Assembly: GCA_039096225.1 (NCBI GenBank)
Contig: JBBPEB010000017.1
Span: 868,001 to 932,000, forward strand
Length of the DNA stretch: 64,000 nt
Reading direction: 5' to 3'
DNA from: Blastocystis sp. Blastoise
Taxonomy: Eukaryota; Protista; Bigyra: Opalinata
Position numbers and translations under genes: made by a program. Below are positions 52,614 to 64,000 of the stretch, in pieces. Position 1 is the stretch's first letter. The number at the start of each line of letters is the position of its first letter. Below the pieces are notes generated by a model. It made no database searches, was not told the DNA's origin, and worked only from the letters and a program-made list of their open reading frames with translations.

Positions 52614-53341
52614 CATACAACAGGGAAAATAGTTAATAATAAAGTAGCTACAAGGTTACCAAAGACTTATAATATTAAGAAAATTATCTTACAATAAATA
52701 ATAATGAAAATAATTAAAAGGATATATTACTTAACATATAAATAGACCAGAAAAGACCAGAATTTGTACCTCTATTTTTAGTAGTAGAACATTCACTTAA
52801 GTATACACCTTGAGCAGCCCATACAATACAAGCACAAAAACCATGGAAACCACTAAAACATAAAGCTACAGGAATAATCAAATAAGAGAAATGAGCTATA
52901 AAGAGACCATATTCAACAGATGATGCAGCAATAGCATATCTGGATTGACCAAATTTCATAATCACAGAAGGAGCAATAATATTCAAAATAGAAAAAGAAA
53001 TATTGACAATACCAAGGCAAGTAGCACCAACATCACCTATATGTTTCTGCTTAAAAAAAAACATATTAATATATAAAAATACCCATTAACTTCACAGAAT
53101 AATTCTGAGCAGGATTAAAAGCTAGAAAAATAATTAAGATAATAAAAAAATAATTAATTAGTCATTTCATATAACAAAAAATTAGACTTAACAAAATATA
53201 TATACCCATAAATAAAAGCATAAATCCTAAACCAAGATGAATGACATTCATTTTATTGACTGTTTCCGCAGATAAATTCTTAAAACAAAACCATTGATAT
53301 GTCTTCTTATTAGAAGTATCCTTTACAAGAGGCTGCTCCAT
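51229..53341 (-). CDS. UNC93-like / MFSD11-family multi-pass transporter containing a U12-type intron
   Basis: LGLGFMLLFMAFNPAQN, GFCACIVWAAQGVYLSEC, NSGLFWSIYMLSN|VFGNL and multiple TM segments. Stop at 51229-51231. Confidence 0.88.
52667..52725 (-). other. U12-type (minor spliceosome) intron with AT-AA termini, 59 nt
   Basis: 5' end ATATCCTTTT (U12 consensus RTATCCTTT). Branch-site-like TTTCTTAAT lies just before the 3' end ...TTATAA|GTC. Splicing here restores the family spacing FW-x8-FGN. Confidence 0.75.
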
Positions 53342-54398
53342 ATTTTAAAGTATCTTCTTAATAATAATTAAAAAAAATAATATATTTTTAAAAGAAACTT
53401 GGTTTATTTTTTTTGTTTGATGTCGCAGGAGAAACTATATGGGGAATTTTGTATAGAGGAGAAACAGATATATTTCTTTTCTAAACCAGTCATTTTTATT
53501 ATTTCTTAAAAAACCAATGTTTTTTGTTCTAAAAAGCATTCCTTTTGTTTTTAATTCTTAACAGCTCTGAAAGAAATGACTTTGGAAATTAAAAACGAAT
53601 GGTTCATTCCTCTTGTTTTTGGGGAATCTTAGAATATTCCGTAATTTGAAGTAAAGTCTCATGTTTATTTTTTCTATGGTTATTTTCTTTGTTTACAAAA
53701 GTATTATTTTGGGAATAGAAAATAATTAAAAACTTTAATAGCTTTCACTCACACGTACGTATAGCATATATGCAAAAAAAAATGAATGATGATCTTCTTG
53801 TGATAATTATCATAATCATCTTGACACATATTAATGAAAATAACTTGATAAGAATAATACTCAGTAAGGACTGACATGAAAAGAATAATCAAAAAAGAGA
53901 TTTGAAACAATGATTGCCTTTTACCAGTTTTTTTTAACAATGAGAAATATACTACAAATCTTTGACTTTTTACGAACAGGAAGATAGTCTACATATTATC
54001 AATATGATACGATAATAGAATACTTAAAAAGAAGGTAATTAATTTGTGAATCTACAGTTACAAGAGTAAGTCACATGGCTTTTTACAAGAAAAAAAAAAC
54101 TAAATATTATGAATCAAGCTTTTTAATCAATATATGTGAATAACTAGTAATTCAAACTCTATTAAAAAAACAGACCAAATACTATGAAACTTGAAGATTA
54201 TTTATATCTTCACGGGAATTTTGCATTATTTAGTAAATAACTCTATTGTTTTTTGTATATAGTAAAAACTACACTGTAATACTGGAAAAGTTAGTAATGA
54301 ATTCTCATTACAAGAAAAACTCTAATTTCTTTTTTCGTTTCACATTAATAATTAATTAATTAATTAATTGTATATATTTAATTTTATTGTTTGTGTGA

Positions 54399-55053
54399 AT
54401 GAATCCTCAAGTTGCATACCAATTTACGTGTAACTGTGAAACAACCCAATATGAATATGCATTAACCAACGTTGTTTACAATGAAACAGCTACAGTTTTC
54501 CTCTCAAGATACATGGTAATTTACTTATCGATAGATCTATGAATTTATTTTATAGAAATGGGTCCCTGAACATTTTCAAATAGGTTATAATGTATTTACA
54601 GCTGGCTCAGCGTTGATCAATACGAAATCTACCATGCTGGATCTAATTCAATTAAGAGAACCAATTTATTTATTTTTAGATGTTACTCAAGAAGTTTTTT
54701 TTAGTATGAATCCTCAAATTCAAGAACTTTATCCAATGAGATCCATGTCAAAACAAAGTCAATCTGATAAACAATGGGTATATTATTATTATTTTTCATT
54801 TGAATTTAATTTTTATTGTTTTCAAAAAAAAAAAAGTTTTTTTTTTTACTTATATTTAATGTTTATTTTAGATCTCTACCCTTCCCTGGCCTCATGGATC
54901 AGGATATATTATCCAGTCATTATGGATTAATTACTTAGTTCAAAATAATCAATATGTTCCACAGAACCCTATACCTATAATATTTGTTTTGCTTTTTAAG
55001 GTATATTCACGATTATTTTTTAATTTATAATATATTTTTCTGTATTTACTTAG

Positions 55054-55084
<31 letters not shown>

Positions 55085-57395
55085 GATAAAGGAACCTTCT
55101 CCTCCTCCTCCACCTCCTCTTATTCGTATATATATATAATTTAAATTAATTCCAAATTTATATACCTTATATTTATATCTTTTTTTAGTTTTTTTTTTTG
55201 CTAAATTATAAATTATATATATATATTTATTATTATATATGAAAGATATATATGTTAAAGAATACTATATATGTATATAGTTACTCTTCCTGAATCTCCT
55301 TCTCCATCTCCTTCTCCTTCTCCATCTCCTTCTCCTTCTATACCTATTCAAAATACTATTCAACCCATTGTTCAACAACCTACTGATAATATCACTCAAC
55401 AATCTACTGATAATGTCACTCAAGAATCTAATAATGATATTGTTCAACAACCTAATAATGATATAGTTCAACAACCTAATAATGATATTGTTCAACAATC
55501 TACCAATAATATTACTCGACAACCTAATAATGATATTGTTCAACAACCTAATAATGATATAGTTCAACAACCTAATAATGATATTGTTCAACAACCTACT
55601 GATAATATTACTCAACAATCTAATAATGATATTGTTCAACAACCTAATAATGATATTACTCAACAACCTATTCAAGAACCTATTCAAGAACCTATTCAAG
55701 AACCTATTCAAGAACCTTCTGACTCTATAACTAAAACTATTAACGAACCAATAAATGATGATCTAAAAGCTTCTTCTTCTACTATTACTGATTCATCAGT
55801 ACCTTCTAAAGATAATTCTCTTTCTACTGTAAATAACGATAATTCCAAGAATTATTCTAAAGAGAATTCAGGGGAATCTTCTTCATCACAACCAAAAGAT
55901 GTGTCTCCAGATAAACCTAATACTAATTGTATATATATATTAATTATATTATACTATTATATGTTTATAATATATATAGTATATATATATTAATTGTTAT
56001 ACTATACATTGTTATATATATATTTATTAAAATATATTATATATATAGCTCCATCAGGTAATTCTGCGGATTCGATTGATATAAATATAGATGTAGATGA
56101 TATTGATGATTTAATAGATAATGACACGCCGCAACATGCTGCTGATTCCACTCCAAAACCCATGGAAAATATGTCTATTTTAGAAATCCTTCAAAATGAA
56201 TTAATTAAATTATGTACTATAACCGATACACCCTCTTTAGATAATCAATATGAATTGTTATTAAAGAAATATACTCAAGAAAACATTCAAGAAGCTTTAA
56301 ATAGTATATATCCGATGAACGAAGTAACATCTTCTATTTGGTATAATAATCTTGTTGTTTATGCGACACGACTTCTTGTTTTTAAACGTAAAGTAGATAC
56401 CAACTGTATTTATATTATTTATATTTATTTGTATTATATATTTTTGATGCTTTTTTCTATTTATTTGTTTTGTCAAACTAATATAATATATATCTATAGC
56501 GAATGAATTCAGGGCTGAAGTTGAGTATATATATATATTACTATTTATTATTCCTTCTTACTAATACCACATATATATAGGAAAAAGACAAACTATTTAA
56601 AACAAACTTTTAATAATTATATTTATGTATATATATTTATATTTATGTATATTAGTGAATATATATATATATATATATATAGAGTATTTCTACTGTAGAT
56701 ATTTACGCTCTTAATTTAAATACACGTGACACTCTTGTATACCATAATTCTGCAAAGATGACTACGTATAAACCCTTTATGGACTTCTTAATTGTATATA
56801 TATATATATATATAATATTTGATTTTTTTTATTTCTAGAGAAAATATGGTGAGAGTATCTATGTTATCTATCATAATAAGATACTTACTCATGAAGATCT
56901 TAATTACGTAAAACAAAAACATATTCAGAGACTAGATATTGCTATTCTTAACGTATATATATATAAATATATATATTATATATACATAATTATAGTACAT
57001 ATTTATTGAATTACATTGTGTATATAGTATAACTTCAATTTTCCATATGTTTTTAGAAATCCACAATTAGATATGGGATTCAGTATATATATTTTATTTA
57101 GATTATTTTTCTCTAAAGAATTTATTTATCTTTTTATTTTCCTTGTTTTTACTGTAGATATATTTGCTATTAGATTTATATAAAAGAATTTTTATTAAAA
57201 TATATATTGTTATATATACATTAGATGTTTTATTTTTTCATAGCTTTATATATATATATATAACATTAATTCTATAGATATTCCTGAAGATTTTAGTTTT
57301 CTGAATGATATTAAATTATTATCTAACGAACAATATTCTGAATGGATTAATAATATTATACATCCTCGTCTATTATGTATATATATATATATATA

Positions 57396-57431
<36 letters not shown>

Positions 57432-60400
57432 CATTATATAGTTGATCTTCCTCGTGCTCCTAAAATGTTTAATGATATTTCATTATTTCAAGAGGACTGC
57501 CTTTCTACAGTCACAGAAATTATTGTAGATAGTATATAAATATAATAAATATAAATATAATAAACATAATAAACATAATAAACATAATAAACATAATAAA
57601 CATAATAAATATATTAAATATAACAAATGTAACAAAAAATAAAGAAAATAAATATAAATATAATATATATATATATATAGATCGTTCTACGAATAGTCTT
57701 GAATATACTTGTTCCTTTAAAAATAATTCTTTGGGTATTATTCCTTTTAGAATGGGTCTACAAGGTATATATATCTTTATATATCTTTATATATCTATAT
57801 ATATAGTTTCTTATTATAAGAACGAATTATCTGAATTTTTCCGTCTTCCTGAACTTTATACTAAACTTATATCATTACAGAGCTTTACAATTTATTGTGA
57901 CGAACTGAATATGAAAAGTCAAGAATATCCGCGATTCTTTGCTTATTTATATAAAGGATATATTAATTATAATGCTAGTCGTGAAGAATTACAACGTTTC
58001 TCAGTATATTTATTCTCTATAAATATATATATAATATTATATATTATCTATATAGTTTAATGGAAATAAATTAATATATGATGAATCTTATCTTGAATCT
58101 TTTGAAGATCAAGAATATAAACTTCGTATATATAAATATATATATAATTAATTAATGTTAAATAATTTTTATTATTCAAATTATTACTCATTATATATCT
58201 ATATATATATATAGATAATACTATACCTCATCGTCCTGCAGATCCTTCTTCTTATTTCTCTACTAAAGTGAATCCTCCTTCTCCTTATGGATATACCCCT
58301 TATGCACCTTGCTATCTTGCTTTTAGTATGAATACTCGATCTCCTGCACTTATTACTCCTAATAACCTTATATTACATACATTACATGAGAAACCATCAA
58401 CTAGAAATAATGATAAACGTACTTCTATTCTATCTCTTCCTTGTGCTTTATATAATGGATTAGATACATTATCTCTTGGTGATTATGTTAATTTTAGTTA
58501 TCAATCAACTGAAAATGAAGTTTATTTCTATCTTCCTTTACTTAAAAATATAGAATTAGATATGAATCGTCTTGGTAATAAAACTATTAATTTCTTCTGT
58601 ATTCGTCCTAACGATCCTGTTAATTATAATCGTGATCAAGATGGAAAGAAAGAACCTCATTATAAAGGATTAAGTGTATATATAGAAGGAGTTGGTAGAT
58701 TAAGAATTACTGCTGATTATGTGATTGTTCATTCCATAGAAAATACATTAAATTATATTATAAAAGGTCAATCTTATACTATATATCCTTATCGATCTAT
58801 TAATCTTATGAGTCGAAAGAATACATTTATTTCAACTCCTGAAGCTGAACAACGTGTTTATCATATTGAACAAGCTATTCAACATAATATTCCATTATTA
58901 ATTGAAGGAGAAACATCTAGTGGTAAAACTTATAGTGTAGAATATGTAAGTAAAAGAAGTGGTATTCGTGTGATTCGTTATAATTTCTCTCCTACTTCTT
59001 CTCCTGAAGATTTAATTGGTGATATTACTTTACAAACAAATAATAAACATAGTACTTTTGTCTTTAAATCTGGTGCATTCACAGAAGCATTTATTCATGG
59101 GGGTATATTATTATTAGATGAAATGTCTTTAGCTCCTCAATCTATTGTTCAATCAATTTTATCTTTCTTAGATTCTAAACAAATCTTTATTGATAAGATG
59201 GGACAATATGAAATAAGAGAAATGAATCCCAATTTCCGTCTTATAGCTACACAAAATCCTGCTGGATCTATATATAAACGAAATACATTAAATACAGATA
59301 TTCGTGATTACTTCAGAGTATTAAATGAAGAATTATTTCCTCCTATTTCTCAAAAAGAAATTCAACAATTTATTGAGAAAAAGAATATTCGAAATCATGA
59401 GTTTGAAAGTCAATTATTACAAACACATAATGAAGCTGTTCTTGATGCTACAAAACGAATTGCTAATAAATTTTATACTATTCGAGATGCTAATAGAGCT
59501 ATTTCTATGATGAAATTAAGAGAAAATTCTCAAGATATATGGCCAATAGTATATAATACTCATTATACACAAGGATTTAATCGTAAACAATTAATGGAAC
59601 AACTTCTTCAACAAGATCAATCTACAAGATCAAAGAATTCAGATGGATTCAGTGATGCTGAAAGAGGCTTAGATTATCCTGGTGAACCTTTAGATCCTAT
59701 TGTATTCCAATATATAGGTAAACAATTAGATATTGCTTTAAATAGTGGTAGTCATGTAATAGTATGTGCTTCTGATGAATATGTTGCTCGTAAATATGTA
59801 TATGCATTCTTATATCATCGTCAACAAATATATGGTCAAATCAATAAAAAGAAGAATGGTATTAAATTACGTTATTCTAGTGTATATAAGACTTTATATT
59901 GTTCTAAAGGTATTACAGCTGAGAATTTAATAGGTTCTTCTAAATTAGAAGAAGATATTAAGAGTCATGAATATATACCTCAATGGGTAGATTCAGAATT
60001 ATTAAAAGCTGCTGATGAAGGTAATATATGTGTTATACAAAATATAGGATTAATGAATTCTAATTCTCTTGAAAGATTAAATAATTTATTAGAAGTAGAA
60101 TATCATACATTAGATGCTAGTAATAATAATATTGAGCCTATTAGTGTTCGTTTTGATGAACGACAATGTAATGGAGATCTTATTGTAGATCCATTATTCC
60201 GTATTATTGCTACTTGTTCTGTTAATGATCTTAATCATTTCTCTCCTGCTCTTAACAATCGATATATACATTTACGTATTAGTGATGATATGCTTAATGA
60301 AAAATGTTATAAATTATATAAAGAGCCAAAAGATTATTTTAATAAGATTTCTACAAGTGTAATTCAGAATATAAATGATGAAAATGAAAAGAATTTATAT

Positions 60401-63400
60401 ATAAATATGAAACAATTCATCGATTCTCAATCTAACTTTTTTAATAAGAAGAAATATTATATTAGTTTAGATTTCATATATGAAATGTGTGAATTATCAT
60501 TTGAACAGAAAGTACAATTAATTAAAGATTATTGTACTTCAGAAGGTAAACATTTATCAATATTAGATCAATATATTCCTTCTACTCGTTGTGATAAATG
60601 TAATGAATTATTTAGTTCTATTTGTGAACATAGAACAACTAGTTTAATTGGATTAGAATCTACAGGTAAAACACATCTTCTTTTGAATGTACTAAAGAAT
60701 AGTGGATTAATAAAACGTTATAAAACAGTTTTCTTAACTCCAGATACAGATATAAGTCAATTAATAGGTAGTTATACATTTTCTTCAAGTTCTTCAAAAG
60801 AATCAGTTTCTCAAGGTGCAGGATTTAAACGAGGACCTTTATTAGAAGCTTTAGAAAAAGGAACTATATTAATATTAGAGAATGCTCATTATTTATCTGA
60901 AGAATTAATTGAATCTATTCAACAATTTATTGATCCTTTAGCAACATCTGTTGTTTATTTAGGTAAAGAATATCATATTTCTAGTAATTTCAGATTAATA
61001 TATGTATTTAAATCTTATCAACAAAATAAGATTCATCATGATTTACCTTCTTATATTCAAAGAGTATATGTAGATTTATATACACAATCAGAAATAGAAT
61101 TAATTCTTCATCATCCTCTTTTATGTCGATTATATCGTTATGAATCTATTTCCATTCAACAGTTATTAATATATTATGAAATCTATCAACGTTATTGTCG
61201 TAATGTCTCTTTTGATCAATCTAATGAATATATGGCTGGTATCGTATGTTTATATCAACCTTCTTCTTTTCTACTTCAGAATTCTCCATTTTTAATTGCT
61301 ATTGCTACGCATTGTTTAAAAACACATAATGATGATTATAAACCTTCAGATATTGAAATTGAAAAAATGAAAGATAAAATTAAGAAATTTGTAAATTATG
61401 AAATTGTTCAAGGAACAAAACAAAATACAATAACAAATTCTATTTTACAAGTATACTATCCTGATAGTATTAATTTATCTACTTGTCATTGGTGTATTTC
61501 TTCTTTATTCCGTCTCCTTATTCTTCAAAGTTTAAGTACAATTCCTCCTATTCTTATTGGTGGATCTGAATCAAAAGATCAATTTATAGATATACTACAG
61601 AATAATATGGATACTATTGAATTATCAAGATCTTTAGAATGTGATTATTTAACTGGATTATCTACTGTTTGTAGTAAGACAGATATTCAATCATTACATG
61701 AAAGAATAAAAGCAGAAATTACAAAATTAAATATTAATATTCATTCAGGAGATGATAAATATACAGCATTAAAAGACTGGATTAACGATATTGAACGATG
61801 TTTATCAGAAAAATCAGATACAAGTATGATTTTTAAACCTGGTCAAATTACTTTAGGTATATTTAAAGAGAAAGCTTTATTATTAAAGCATTTTGAATTA
61901 TTGAATGATAATGTTATTCCTCGATTAAGTTCTTTATTTGATAGTTATTTAAGTGGCTATTCTTTCTTGTTACATGAATCTGATAGTGGATATCAAGTTA
62001 ATCTTCAGAATTGTCGATTTGTTGCTACTGTTGAAGAAGAAAACTTTACTAAAACTGCTCTTCGTAATTATTTTATTTATTTACCTTGTTCTGATTATAA
62101 TTTATCCGAAAAGATGAAGATTATTCCGTGGATCTCTCAAGTTGATTCTATATTTGCAAAAGAATCTTTAATATTCTTAAAGAAAATTGATGCTCTTGCT
62201 CCATTCTTTAAGAATTCTTATCAAGATGCTTATTTCTATTTAAAGTATATTTCAGGGACAAAAGAAGAACGTATTCAATTAATGAAATCATGTCAATATA
62301 GTGATTCTATTAAAAAATTATTTACTTATTCAGAAACTATTGATTCTTATAATCTACCAAGTGAATATTTAAAAGAAGTCTTTATAGATGGTTCTGGTCT
62401 TGATATTAATAGAATTCGTAAAATAGAAGAACTTCCTGGTTTTCAGCCATTAACAGAATCTCTTACTACTTTACATATATTAATATCTATTTTATTAACA
62501 AAGAATACAGGAGATCCTAAACCGAATAGATCAGATATTGATTATTATCCTATTATATTAGAAGGAGCACCAGGTATTGGTAAATCCGATTTAGCTATTC
62601 GTATATTTGAAGGATTACAAATTCCTTATATTCGTCAAAATTTTGCTCAAAGTATAGATATTGGAAATGTATTTGGTTCTGTATCTCCTACTTCTAATGG
62701 TGGTATTCAATTTAAAGATAGTGAATTAAGTTTCTTATTAAAAGGTAAAGATAAGTATAGAGTTATGGATGATAAAGGTAGTTATATTTTTGATCCTAAT
62801 GATTCAAATGTTATTGATAAATATAAGAATAATGATAAGAAATATGCATTATATAAAGGTGAATATACAATAGGATTATTATTAGATGAATTAAATCTTG
62901 CTTCTCCTGAATTATTAGATACTATATCTACTTTAATTACACAAGCTAGTAAAAGAGGTAGCTTTTATATCCCAGGTAATATAACAATCAAGAGATTACC
63001 ACGATTATTGATAGTTATTTGTGAGAATCCTGCTGTTATGTCGAATAGTCGTGGTGTTTTACCTAAATCTATAATTGATAAGAGTTTTTATTTCCGTAAT
63101 ATAGAATTTGAAGTATTTGAATTGACAAGACTAAGTGGTATTATTCTTAATGAATGTGTTTTAAGTGATAAAAGATCTGATAATTCTTTTAGTGGTACAG
63201 AATTCTATAAGAAGAATTTAAAAACACGTATAAAGGCACTGATTGCTAATGCTATTTATAGTAGTTCTCAGACACGTGTCAATTTCTCATTACGTGATGT
63301 TTTAAAAGGAAAATACTTAATAGATCAATCTAGGCACATGAATTATTCTATTCCTGTAGAAGCTGCTTTATGGCTTACGATTGTATGTAAATATTTACCT

Positions 63401-64000
63401 GAAGATCGTGAATCTCTAGAGAAATCCCTTGGTTTAAATTTATCAGATATTATTCAGCATTCTTATTATGCAGATTCATATACTAATAAAAGTTATTTAC
63501 AATTACAAAGTACATTTGTGACTTCTATTGAATGTATTGATAGATCTCCATCTCTTTTATCTTTAACAAATTCAGAAATGAGATTATTATATCAATTATC
63601 TATTGCTTATTCTAGTAAACGAGGTATATTAATTTATGGTCCATCTCCTTCAGGAAAAACACATGTACTTACAAATATGGCTAAAATAATGGGTAAACAA
63701 TTACTTGTTGTTCCTCTTAATAATGAAAGTAATTCATCAGTTCTTATTGGTAGAATGGAACCTCGTAACCCAGAAGAAGATATTAATAATATAAATAATA
63801 ATAATAAGAATAGTATTTTAGTCTTCCGAAAAGGACCTTTATTAACAGCTATGGAAAAAGGTTATTGGATTAATATTGATGGTATTCAATTAGCTTCAGG
63901 AGATGTTTTAGAACGTTTGAATTCACTTTTAGAAGAACAACCTACATTAAATGTTATTGAAAATACTACTTGCCCACTATTATATAAAGATCAATCGAAT
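54399..64000 (+). CDS. Giant midasin-like (dynein-related) AAA+ protein with six tandem AAA modules, 3'-partial
   Basis: Sixteen GT-AG introns join in frame from the ATG at 54399 to an exon starting at 58215 that stays open to the window end (about 1930 codons). Walker A motifs GETSSGKT 58907, GLESTGKT 60650, GAPGIGKS 62564, GPSPSGKT 63638. Midasin-type motifs FRLIATQNP, ERLNNLLE, ERLNSLLE, LLDELNLA and FSLRD. Confidence 0.88.
55373..55717 (+). repeat. Coding tandem repeats: 12 x 24 bp (QQPNNDIV-like) followed by 12-bp QEPI units
   Basis: Visible in both DNA and translation of exon 5 of the midasin-like gene. Confidence 0.92.

Overview
A very AT-rich, intron-dense eukaryotic nuclear segment. 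The EF-1alpha sequence and the TGTTTGTT motifs in 3' flanks point to a Blastocystis-lineage stramenopile (inference). I assembled 19 protein genes by hand from spliced exons: HECT E3 (5'-partial), ORC3, SDHC, GH28 polygalacturonase, NRBP/WNK-like pseudokinase, MED31, PPCDC, EF-1alpha, SLC35C1-like transporter, GCNA, RPL18A, DCAF7, A20/AN1 zinc finger, Man1/Src1-like protein, MOB, REV1, AP4M1, an UNC93/MFSD11-like transporter, and a 3'-partial giant six-AAA midasin-like protein whose 5.8-kb exon is missing from the ORF track. Most short ORFs in the track are translations of (TA)n or (TAT)n intron microsatellites. Highlights: (1) a divergent midasin-like AAA+ ring with only two complete ATPase sites, joined to an unrecognised 16-intron N-terminus; (2) ORC3 with two inserted AT-hooks; (3) a MOB protein ending in a CCC-CaaX lipid-anchor micro-exon; (4) a U12-type AT-AA intron; (5) four introns whose terminal G is replaced by the base of the joined exon, either an RNA-polishing artefact or genuine non-canonical splicing; (6) introns that are pure G(TA)nG; (7) an over-represented TTCCCRYGGGAA-type motif; (8) a 100-bp MITE-like element. 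I found no tRNA, rRNA or CRISPR array.
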